NCBI GenBank assembly: GCA_021525805.1
Contig: GCA_021525805.1_3940.1
Length of the DNA: 64,000 nt
Source of the DNA: a phage
Direction: 5' to 3' (one strand)
Below, piece by piece: positions 1-16,281 of the stretch (positions are counted from its first letter, which is position 1; every line of letters begins with the position of its first letter). The position numbers and the translations under genes were made by a program. Below the pieces are notes generated by a model that was given only the letters and a program-made list of their open reading frames with translations, was not told the DNA's origin and made no database searches.

Positions 1-1086
1 TCTTATGAAGGTTTGCGTAGAGGCTTTGACGAAGCTTTAGCAGATGAGTCAATCAAGACTATCGTTCTGCATATTGATTCCGGTGGTGGTGAAGCTTCAG
101 GTTGCTTTGAATTAGCACGTCACATTATGGCTTCAAGAGGCCAAAAGAAAATTATTGCTTATGTAGATGAGTTCGCTTGTTCCGCTGCATATGCTCTTGC
201 ATCTTCTGCTGAAGAAATTATTGCATCACCAGATGCAGATGTTGGTTCTATTGGTGTAATTATGGTTCATCAGGAATTAACTAAGGCATTTGAAAAGAAT
301 GGCGTAACAATTAACGTCATCAAAGCTGGTGAGTTTAAAGGTATGGGTTCACCATTCCAAGCACTCTCAGAAGAAAGCAAAGAAAGACTTCAAAAGAGAA
401 TTAATGATACCTACGCAACCTTTACAGGTTTTGTAGCCGAATCTCGTAATCTCTCTGAAGAAGCTGTAAAGAATACTGAGGCGAATGTTTATTCTGCTCA
501 GGAAGCTCTTGAACTTGGTTTAATTAACTCAATCATGTCTCAAGATGATTTCTTAAATTACTTACAAGGTTCTGAAGAGGCTCCTGTAAGTTTAAACGTT
601 AACAATTCAGGTGAAGAAATGACTGAACAAGAAAAGCAAGAACTAGAAGCTTTGCGTCTTCAGGTTGCTCAAATGAAAGCTAAAGAACAGGAAGCTGCTT
701 TGTCAGATTTGACTAATAAGATTTCTGCTTCTGCTGAAGCTTTTGGATTTGATGCAAAAGAAGCTGCAACGACTATTTTAGGTGATGGTCTTGATAACCC
801 TCTGAGTGTTCTGTTTATGAATGCTATGGAAGGTGCTAACCAGAAACTTAATGAAACTATCGCGTCCCATGCTTCTGCAATGGAAGAAAAAGAATCAGAA
901 ATTACCAAGTTGAAAGAGACTGCTGGTGCTGTTCTTGAACATTCCAACGCTATGGAAGAAATGGGTAATGACGGCGAAGCTGATTTGGTTGAAGAAGAAA
1001 AAGAACCAGCTAAGAATGCTTCCGAAGACACCGCTGAACAACGCAAACTGGCTCTCCAGAATGCTCTAAAATCTCTTATCAAATAA
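1..1086 (+). CDS. Prohead protease (ClpP/S49-like) with acidic coiled-coil scaffold-like C-terminus; 5' end probably outside window
   Basis: Frame open to window edge; track start at 13 is TTG. N-terminal S49/ClpP-like region (HIDSGGGEASG ... ACSAAY); C-terminal E/K/A-rich coiled coil; sits immediately upstream of capsid gene. Confidence 0.55.
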   Translation, partial: SYEGLRRGFDEALADESIKTIVLHIDSGGGEASGCFELARHIMASRGQKKIIAYVDEFACSAAYALASSAEEIIASPDADVGSIGVIMVHQELTKAFEKNGVTINVIKAGEFKGMGSPFQALSEESKERLQKRINDTYATFTGFVAESRNLSEEAVKNTEANVYSAQEALELGLINSIMSQDDFLNYLQGSEEAPVSLNVNNSGEEMTEQEKQELEALRLQVAQMKAKEQEAALSDLTNKISASAEAFGFDAKEAATTILGDGLDNPLSVLFMNAMEGANQKLNETIASHASAMEEKESEITKLKETAGAVLEHSNAMEEMGNDGEADLVEEEKEPAKNASEDTAEQRKLALQNALKSLIK

Positions 1087-1097
1087 GGAACACAATA

Positions 1098-1475
1098 ATG
1101 GCATATCAAGGTTTTACTAAGTTAGGTAACAGAGAACCTCTGAATGATATCATTCTTTGGGAACAGATTACCCCAACAGGCCACTCTCGCAAAGAGTACA
1201 CTCCACAAGCTTCAACAGAATACCGTGTGGGTGAAGTCCTGAAAGCAGATGGTACTAAAGTTGCAGCAGGAGAAGAGACTCAGGCTGACTCTGTATGTAT
1301 CGTTAACTTCTATGCAGACCTGCAACTGTCTTATCATGGTCAGTTGAAAGTGGTTGGTATCCACCGTGATGCAGAACTGAAAGACATGCTTAAACTTGAA
1401 TCCGGTGTTAATGCTGAGAACGTCAAGAAAGCTCTGGCTGCTAAAGGTATTGATTTCGTACCAACTGGCCTGTAA
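1098..1475 (+). CDS. Hypothetical head protein (decoration/scaffold candidate)
   Basis: ORF with ATG after an AGGAAC-containing stretch, between protease and capsid gene; no recognisable motif. Confidence 0.3.
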   Translation: MAYQGFTKLGNREPLNDIILWEQITPTGHSRKEYTPQASTEYRVGEVLKADGTKVAAGEETQADSVCIVNFYADLQLSYHGQLKVVGIHRDAELKDMLKLESGVNAENVKKALAAKGIDFVPTGL

Positions 1476-1508
1476 TAACAATAATAAGACATTCTGGAGA
1501 ATTTTACA

Positions 1509-2615
1509 ATGTTGACTAATTCTGAAAAAAGCAGATTTTTCCTTGCTGACCTGACTGGTGAAGTCCAGTCTATCCCAAATACTTATGGGTATATTTCCAA
1601 CTTAGGTCTGTTCCGTTCAGCGCCAATCACCCAAACCACTTTCCTTATGGACTTGACTGATTGGGATGTTAGCTTGCTTGATGCGGTAGACCGTGATAGC
1701 CGTAAAGCAGAGACTAGCGCACCTGAGCGTGTTCGTCAAATCAGCTTCCCAATGATGTACTTCAAAGAAGTTGAAAGCATTACTCCTGATGAGATTCAGG
1801 GTGTACGTCAGCCAGGCACTGCAAACGAACTGACTACTGAAGCTGTAGTACGTGCTAAGAAGCTGATGAAGATTCGTACCAAGTTCGATATTACTCGTGA
1901 GTTCCTGTTTATGCAAGCTCTGAAGGGTAAAGTTGTTGATGCTCGTGGTACTCTGTACGCTGACCTGTACAAGCAGTTCGACGTTGAGAAGAAGACTGTT
2001 TACTTCGACCTTGCCAACCCTAATGCTGACATCGACGCTTCTATCGAAGAACTGCGTATGCACATGGAAGACGAAGCTAAGACTGGCACTGTAATCAACG
2101 GCGAAGAAATTCACGTAGTTGTTGACCGTGTATTCTTCAGCAAACTGGTTAAGCATCCTAAGATTCGTGACGCTTATCTTGCACAGCAGACTCCGCTGGC
2201 TTGGCAACAGATTACTGGTTCTCTGAGAACTGGTGGTACTGACGGCGTTCAGGCTCATATGAACACCTTCTACTACGGTGGTGTTAAGTTTGTCCAGTAC
2301 AACGGTAAGTTCAAAGACAAGCGTGGTAAGGTTCACACTCTGGTGGGCATTGATGATGTAGCAGCAACTGTTGGTGTTGGTCATGCCTTCCCTAACGTAT
2401 CTATGCTGGGTGAAGCTAACAACATCTTCGAAGTGGCATATGGCCCATGTCCTAAGATGGGTTATGCAAATACACTTGGTCAGGAACTGTACGTATTTGA
2501 ATACGAAAAAGACCGTGACGAAGGTATTGACTTCGAAGCTCACTCTTACATGCTGCCATACTGTACTCGTCCTCAGTTGCTGGTAGATGTTCGCGCTGAC
2601 GCTCAAGGTGGCTAA
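1509..2615 (+). CDS. Major capsid protein
   Basis: 368 aa ORF with GGAG RBS directly after protease/scaffold; even codon usage typical of a highly expressed structural gene; call is by position and size. Confidence 0.6.
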   Translation: MLTNSEKSRFFLADLTGEVQSIPNTYGYISNLGLFRSAPITQTTFLMDLTDWDVSLLDAVDRDSRKAETSAPERVRQISFPMMYFKEVESITPDEIQGVRQPGTANELTTEAVVRAKKLMKIRTKFDITREFLFMQALKGKVVDARGTLYADLYKQFDVEKKTVYFDLANPNADIDASIEELRMHMEDEAKTGTVINGEEIHVVVDRVFFSKLVKHPKIRDAYLAQQTPLAWQQITGSLRTGGTDGVQAHMNTFYYGGVKFVQYNGKFKDKRGKVHTLVGIDDVAATVGVGHAFPNVSMLGEANNIFEVAYGPCPKMGYANTLGQELYVFEYEKDRDEGIDFEAHSYMLPYCTRPQLLVDVRADAQGG

Positions 2616-2635
2616 TAAACTTAGGAGGGTTATAA

Positions 2636-3085
2636 ATGTGTTATACAGGCGACCCAGCCAATAACCCTCTTGATAGAGTAAGAATCCTCTGCACAGACAC
2701 TAATAATGATGAAATTCTTATTGAGCAGTCTGTGCTAGAGTGGTTCTATCTAGAATCTGGAAAGGATGAAAAGAAAGCAGCCATCAAAGCTCTTAAATAT
2801 TTACTCTTTCAAGTAGCCAAGATGGGAGATGAGAAGGTTGGTGGTGTTTATTTACGTAACTCTTCCAGATTCAAATCTCTGAAAGCTGTTTATGACGACC
2901 TTGTTAAAAGCTCTGTTTCAGGACTACCCTATGCAGGTGGTATTAATCAGTGCGACATTGATATGCGTCGTCAAAATCCTTGCTCTGTCAAGAAATACAC
3001 AGAATATGGTGATGCTGCCAGATACGAAGGCAGAGATTACTGCAACCGTGTTAATGGCGTATTTATTATCAAGCGAGATGAATAA
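2636..3085 (+). CDS. Hypothetical head-tail joining protein
   Basis: ORF with AGGAGGG RBS in structural operon. Confidence 0.3.
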   Translation: MCYTGDPANNPLDRVRILCTDTNNDEILIEQSVLEWFYLESGKDEKKAAIKALKYLLFQVAKMGDEKVGGVYLRNSSRFKSLKAVYDDLVKSSVSGLPYAGGINQCDIDMRRQNPCSVKKYTEYGDAARYEGRDYCNRVNGVFIIKRDE

Positions 3086-3567
3086 TGGTTAAAAGGGTTA
3101 TTCACCCCGCGAGAGCAAAATTAGTCGGGGCTATGAAGAACTTGCAAACGGCTAATGCTCAAGTTGGGTATTTTCAAGAACAAGGTCAACATAGCTCTGG
3201 TTTTTCTTATCCTGCTTTAATGTATTTACAAGAAGTTATTGGGGTTCCTTCAGCTTCTGGTAAAGTATATCGTAGGTTGTTTGAAATCACTATGATGCTA
3301 AACAAACAGGCCTTGTTAGAGCAGACTAAGAAGAATCTATATAAGCAACTTAGCAGTCTCAACACAGACCCTTCAAATACCTTAGAAGCATTTGCAAAGA
3401 ATGCTCAAAAGGCAATTAAAAGGGGTTTTGGTAACTCTGCTATCCTCCCTCCTAACGCACCTTCCACAGTCAAGAAAAAAGGCTTTAACGCACCTCTTGT
3501 TGAGACAGGTGACTTAAGAGATAACCTTGCTTATAAAATTTCTACTAAGAAGGGTATTAAGAAATGA
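3085..3567 (+). CDS. Hypothetical head-tail connector/completion protein
   Basis: Tightly coupled ORF (ATG overlaps previous stop) in structural operon. Confidence 0.3.
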   Translation: MVKRVIHPARAKLVGAMKNLQTANAQVGYFQEQGQHSSGFSYPALMYLQEVIGVPSASGKVYRRLFEITMMLNKQALLEQTKKNLYKQLSSLNTDPSNTLEAFAKNAQKAIKRGFGNSAILPPNAPSTVKKKGFNAPLVETGDLRDNLAYKISTKKGIKK

Positions 3568-3965
3568 GACTCTTAAACAGACACAGCTTTGTAGTAAAGC
3601 GTAAAGTCTCTGAAGACGGTTATTATAATGATGATGGTGATTGGGTAGCTTCACAAGATATTGTAGAGGTTAACTGTAAAGGTAATATCCAGCCATATAT
3701 CAAAGGTTCTGTAAAGAATGGTACACAGATTGCTTTACCGGAAGGTATCAGGCTTACCGATACAAGAATCCTGTATACTACATATAAACTTAGGACTTCA
3801 GATGATGTAGAGTGGAATGAGTCTGATATTGTTATGATTGATGGTCATGAGTATGAAGTATTTATGACTATGGATTGGTCACAGCAATTAGCCCATACGT
3901 CCCATTATGAATATATCATTATTAGAAGGGATAAAATGAATGCAGTTAGAAACAGCAGAACTTGA
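3564..3965 (+). CDS. Hypothetical head-tail connector/completion protein
   Basis: Overlapping start/stop coupling; position between capsid and sheath. Confidence 0.3.
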   Translation: MRLLNRHSFVVKRKVSEDGYYNDDGDWVASQDIVEVNCKGNIQPYIKGSVKNGTQIALPEGIRLTDTRILYTTYKLRTSDDVEWNESDIVMIDGHEYEVFMTMDWSQQLAHTSHYEYIIIRRDKMNAVRNSRT

Positions 3966-4539
3966 AAAAGGTCTAGTTAGAACCTTAGTGGGTGTTATTG
4001 GTCACAGACTAGCTCGTGATAAAAATAATAGACCAAATGTAATTAGAGCTTACCCTTCTGATAACTCAAATGACAAAGGTTTAAAACCTGACCAACCATT
4101 TATTACCGTATATTGTCAAGATGCTGCAACCCCTTATGGTTGGGTTCTTGATAAGTTTGTTGAGGATGATGTAGTTTGCTACAGAATTGCTTTTCAGATT
4201 CCTGTACTAATTACGGTGAATGGTAAAGGTGCTCACAGCATCATGCTTGAGCTTAAACAACGATTAGAGATGAGTTCAGTCAGAGATTTAATTCTTGAAG
4301 AGACAGGAGCTACAGTTCTAGATACTGGAGCTATCCCAAATGACTATACTTATCTTAATACAGATTTCGAAAATTCTGCACCTCTTGTTGTAACTCTTGT
4401 AAAAAATTCAGTCCTGAAAGATGAACGTGGAAGTATTATTGAGCGTGTCATTGTTGATGGTGAATTGGTTTACGAAGAAGGACAAGAGCCACCAGAATAT
4501 ACTATCCATCTAGATGTAGACTCCAAAGGGGTAAAATAA
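3940..4539 (+). CDS. Hypothetical tail completion protein
   Basis: ORF in structural operon immediately upstream of sheath gene. Confidence 0.3.
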   Translation: MQLETAELEKGLVRTLVGVIGHRLARDKNNRPNVIRAYPSDNSNDKGLKPDQPFITVYCQDAATPYGWVLDKFVEDDVVCYRIAFQIPVLITVNGKGAHSIMLELKQRLEMSSVRDLILEETGATVLDTGAIPNDYTYLNTDFENSAPLVVTLVKNSVLKDERGSIIERVIVDGELVYEEGQEPPEYTIHLDVDSKGVK

Positions 4540-5892
4540 ATGTGGAATCCAATTGTTAATGTAGATATTACATTGAACACCGCAGGAACTACAAGAGAAG
4601 GTTTTGGGCTGCCACTATTTTTAGCTTCAACAGATAATTTTGAAGAAAGGGTGCGTGGCTACACTTCCTTAACTGAAGTTGCTGAAGATTTCGATGAAAG
4701 GTCTGCTGCATATAAGGCTGCTAAACAACTTTGGAGTCAGACTCCTAAAGTAACTCAGCTTTATATTGGGAGACGCGCTATGCAGTACACTGTATCAATT
4801 CCTGATGAGGTTACTGAGAGCACAGATTATTCTTTAACTGTAGCTGTGAGCGGTGGAGTTTCTCAACCATTCCAGTATACAGCACAGACATCAGATACCG
4901 CTGAGAAAGTGCTACAGCAGTTCAAAACACAGATTGAAGCTGACCCAACAATTAAAGATAAGGTCACTGTGAATGTAACTGGTAGTGCTGGTTCTGCCAC
5001 AATGATTATTACCAAAGCTGGTGATAATGACTTTGTGAAAGTAACAACCACAGCACAGACTGTATATATTGCAAGTACAACTGCCGATACAGCATCAACT
5101 GCTCTGGCAGCCATTGAAGCTTATTCTACTGACTGGTATTTCATTGCAGCAGAAGATAGGACTCAACAGTTTGTCTTAGCAATGGCTTCTGAGATTCAGG
5201 CTCGCAAGAAAATCTTCTTTACAGCTAACTCCGATGTAACAGCCCTGCAAGGTACAGAATTAGCCAGTGCAAATGATGTTCCAGCACAGCTTGCTAAGAA
5301 TATGTACACTCGTACAATTTGCTTGTGGCATCACACAGCAGCAGAAGATTACCCAGAGATGGCATACATTGCTTATGGTGCTCCATATGATGCAGGTTCA
5401 ATTGCTTGGGGTAATGCTCAGCTAACTGGTGTAGCAGCTTCTCTACAACCATCTAATAAGAGACCTCTGACAAGTATCCAGAAGTCAGCTTTAGATGCAC
5501 GTCACTGTAACTTTATTGACCTTGATGGTGGTGTTCCAGTGGTTCGTAGAGGGATTACTTCTGGTGGGGAATGGATTGATATCGTCCGTGGTGTTGACTG
5601 GTTAGAATCAGACCTGAAAACTTCTCTGAGAGACTTGCTAATTAACCAGAAGGGTGGTAAGATTACTTATGATGATACTGGTATTACCCGTATTCGTCAA
5701 GTCATTGAAACCTCTCTGCAAAGAGCAGTCAACAGAAACTTCCTGTCATCTTACACAGTTAATGTTCCTAAAGCCTCTCAAGTTGCTTTAGCAGACAAGA
5801 AAGCTCGTATCCTGAAAGACGTTACCTTCGCAGGTATCTTAGCAGGTGCTATCTTGGATGTTGACTTGAAAGGTACAGTGGCTTACGAATAA
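4540..5892 (+). CDS. Tail sheath protein (candidate)
   Basis: 450 aa ORF directly upstream of a ~150 aa tube-sized ORF, chaperone pair and tape measure; call by synteny. Confidence 0.5.
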   Translation: MWNPIVNVDITLNTAGTTREGFGLPLFLASTDNFEERVRGYTSLTEVAEDFDERSAAYKAAKQLWSQTPKVTQLYIGRRAMQYTVSIPDEVTESTDYSLTVAVSGGVSQPFQYTAQTSDTAEKVLQQFKTQIEADPTIKDKVTVNVTGSAGSATMIITKAGDNDFVKVTTTAQTVYIASTTADTASTALAAIEAYSTDWYFIAAEDRTQQFVLAMASEIQARKKIFFTANSDVTALQGTELASANDVPAQLAKNMYTRTICLWHHTAAEDYPEMAYIAYGAPYDAGSIAWGNAQLTGVAASLQPSNKRPLTSIQKSALDARHCNFIDLDGGVPVVRRGITSGGEWIDIVRGVDWLESDLKTSLRDLLINQKGGKITYDDTGITRIRQVIETSLQRAVNRNFLSSYTVNVPKASQVALADKKARILKDVTFAGILAGAILDVDLKGTVAYE

Positions 5893-5907
5893 TAGAGGTA
5901 AATTGGA

Positions 5908-6354
5908 ATGGCTATGTATCAGCAATATTCCCCTAAAGACGTTGTATGTAGCTGGAACGGCATTGCTATTGAAGGCTTTGCCCCAGACTCATTCTTGCGT
6001 CTACAGAGAACATCACCACTTATTACACCAGTTGTTGGTGCAGGTGGTCAAGTTGCTCTGACAAGAAATGCAGACAAGACAGGTACTATTGAGATTGAGC
6101 TAATGCAGACTTCTCTCTCTAACCAGATGCTTTCTGCAATTCAAGCTAAACAAGACAATATGGAACTTGAAGAAGATATCTCTTCTAACTTCGTAATCTA
6201 CGACCCATCAGGCTCTGTTCTGGCAACTGGTATTAACGCTTGGTTGCAGGAGTTACCACAGATTGAACTTGGTCGTGACCAGAACTCTAAAACTTGGATT
6301 TTTGGTTGTGAGAAGTTAGACTACACTTCTACAATTCCAGCGTCAAGTGTTTAA
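5908..6354 (+). CDS. Tail tube protein (candidate)
   Basis: 148 aa ORF between sheath candidate and chaperones; followed by strong terminator. Confidence 0.5.
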   Translation: MAMYQQYSPKDVVCSWNGIAIEGFAPDSFLRLQRTSPLITPVVGAGGQVALTRNADKTGTIEIELMQTSLSNQMLSAIQAKQDNMELEEDISSNFVIYDPSGSVLATGINAWLQELPQIELGRDQNSKTWIFGCEKLDYTSTIPASSV

Positions 6355-6366
6355 TAAATCCTATAA

Positions 6367-6407
6367 GGGGGAGACTTTAAAAGGTCTTCCCCTTTTTTGT
6401 TTCTTTT
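6367..6407 (+). terminator. Rho-independent terminator after tail tube gene
   Basis: 9 bp stem gggggagac/gtcttcccc followed by TTTTTTGTTTCTTTT. Confidence 0.65.
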
Positions 6408-6427
6408 AAAAGTATTAAGGAATCACA

Positions 6428-6826
6428 ATGAAAACAGAATCTAGAGTAATTAATGGTAAGAAAGTAAATATCATTCTGCTTGGGGCAAGAGACGGTATTA
6501 AGATGTCTATGAAGTTGGGTAAAATTGTTGTCCCAACTTTTGCACAGATGCTGTCAAGTCTGACTGATAAAGATAAGAAAGAGGCTCCAATGGTTCCATT
6601 TAAAGAGCTTGTTGAAGCTTGTTTTGACAGAATTGAAGAAATTAACCTTGAAGAGATGGCTACCTTATTATTTCAAGGGGCAACTGTTGACGACTTCCCA
6701 CTTAATATTGATACGTACTTCCAAGCAAACTACGGTGAGTTTGTTGATTACTTAGTATTTGCGCTGGAGGCAAACTTCGGAAGTTTTTTCGAAGCAAGCA
6801 TTTTCAAAAGCCTAACTTCTCAGTAA
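6428..6826 (+). CDS. Tail assembly chaperone (G-like)
   Basis: Small acidic ORF directly upstream of tape measure; contains T_TTT_TTC slippery heptamer near its 3' end. Confidence 0.5.
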   Translation: MKTESRVINGKKVNIILLGARDGIKMSMKLGKIVVPTFAQMLSSLTDKDKKEAPMVPFKELVEACFDRIEEINLEEMATLLFQGATVDDFPLNIDTYFQANYGEFVDYLVFALEANFGSFFEASIFKSLTSQ

Positions 6827-6828
6827 AC

Positions 6829-7067
6829 ATGGGTAACACTCTACAGACACCACTAACTGATGCTGCTGTAGAGGCAACCTATGAAGAAGCAGACGAGATG
6901 AAATTTGTGCTTGCTATTTATGGTATGGAAGGGTGTAAAGAAACACTTGACCAACTCTTTGCTATGACATTCTCTGATTTATTATCATTGAGACAATTTC
7001 TTGAAATTCAGAGGTCGTATAAAGAGGAAATTGCTTACAACGAACTTAGAAGAGCAGGAAAAATGTA

Positions 7068-7068
<1 letters not shown>
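6829..7068 (+). CDS. Tail assembly chaperone frameshift extension (GT-like)
   Basis: -1 frame is open from the slippery site at 6784 through this ORF; immediately upstream of tape measure. Confidence 0.4.
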
Positions 7069-15066
<7,998 letters not shown>

Positions 15067-15068
15067 TA

Positions 15069-16235
15069 ATGGCAGTAGGTGAAATTCAAATTAGTGCCTT
15101 GCCTCAAGCAGCCTTACCAATTGACCTTAGTGATATCTTCCATCTTAAGCAGGGTATTGAGGATAAGAGATGTACTCTTGAGCAACTACTTGCTCCACAC
15201 TCAAGCCTAAGAAATAACCCTCATGGTGTTACTAAGACACAAATTGGTTTAGATAACGTTATTAATGCTCTCCAGTTAGTTGCTGAAAATAACTTATCAG
15301 ATATTGTTAATGTAGCTGAGGCAAGAGCAAATCTACAGATTATGTCTTCAGAAGAGGTTAATAATCTTATCCAACAACATATTAATGATAAGAGTAACCC
15401 ACACAATACAACTAAGGCGCAGGTTGGTTTAAGTAATGTCCAGAACTGGACAACATCTAACCTTTATAATGAAGATGCAGATAAGTATGCTACAGCAAGA
15501 GCAGTAAATAACTTGTACAAGGCTGTTCAGGCTTCTTATCCAGTAGGTACTATCCATCTCTCTATGAATCCTGCAAACCCCTCTACATATTTAATTTGTG
15601 GAGGTACTTGGGAGTTAGTTTCAAAAGGAAGAGCACTTGTAGGTTATGATAGTGCTTCTAGGCCAGTTGGTTCAACGTTTGGTTCGCAGACTACTGCACT
15701 GACAGTTAACAACATTCCTGCACATACTCACTCAGTATACGTCACTGGTGGTGGTCACACACATGGTGCAACAATGTCTATTAGTTCCTTTGATTATGGT
15801 ACTAAGACAACATCTAGCTTTGACTATGGAACTAAAACCACTAACACGACTGGTGCTCACACCCACTCAGTGAGTGGCTCAACGAACACAACGGGTGCAC
15901 ATACACATGGTTATATTACTGGTTATCAATCAACAGGTGCATCTGGAGATTGGGACAGGGATGGTCACAGAAATACCGTACAAACGGATAGTGCTGGGAA
16001 TCACTCACACTCAGTAAGTGGTACTGCTGCATCAAATGGTGACCATGCTCACACTTTAAATATTGGTTCACACACCCATGTAATTAATATTGGTTCACAC
16101 ACTCACAGTGGCAGTGTGAGTATTTCAACAACAGAGCACTCACACTCTGGTACAACTGGTTCTACAGGTTCTGGACAAGCATTCAGTATTGAACAACCGT
16201 CCTTTGTCCTGTATGTATGGCAGAGAACAGCTTAA
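15069..16235 (+). CDS. Tail fibre protein (short) with His-rich HxH tip
   Basis: C-terminal HTHS/HTHG/HSHS/HAHT motifs; tip region shares two near-identical DNA blocks with the long fibre gene. Confidence 0.6.
   Translation: MAVGEIQISALPQAALPIDLSDIFHLKQGIEDKRCTLEQLLAPHSSLRNNPHGVTKTQIGLDNVINALQLVAENNLSDIVNVAEARANLQIMSSEEVNNLIQQHINDKSNPHNTTKAQVGLSNVQNWTTSNLYNEDADKYATARAVNNLYKAVQASYPVGTIHLSMNPANPSTYLICGGTWELVSKGRALVGYDSASRPVGSTFGSQTTALTVNNIPAHTHSVYVTGGGHTHGATMSISSFDYGTKTTSSFDYGTKTTNTTGAHTHSVSGSTNTTGAHTHGYITGYQSTGASGDWDRDGHRNTVQTDSAGNHSHSVSGTAASNGDHAHTLNIGSHTHVINIGSHTHSGSVSISTTEHSHSGTTGSTGSGQAFSIEQPSFVLYVWQRTA
15839..16053 (+). repeat. Fibre-tip duplication, copy 1
   Basis: Blocks 15839-15915 and 15948-16053 are near-identical to 18474-18550 and 18583-18688; the ~30 nt between them differs. 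Confidence 0.7.
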
Positions 16236-16245
16236 TTTCTTTACA

Positions 16246-16266
16246 GGGGCTTTATAGCCCCTTTTA
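16246..16266 (+). terminator. Rho-independent terminator between the two fibre genes
   Basis: ggggct-ttat-agcccc then TTTT; preceded by TTTACA as in the early cassettes. Confidence 0.5.
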
Positions 16267-16281
16267 AGAGGAAAATTTATA

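Noticed and set aside
1617-2606. Long antisense ORF (329 aa) inside the major capsid gene, and similar antisense or internal ORFs in other genes (e.g. 669-1109, 8728-9027, 13984-14511, 29458-30306).
   Set aside because: They lie wholly inside better-supported genes on the opposite strand or in another frame, with no RBS or coupling; treated as shadow ORFs.
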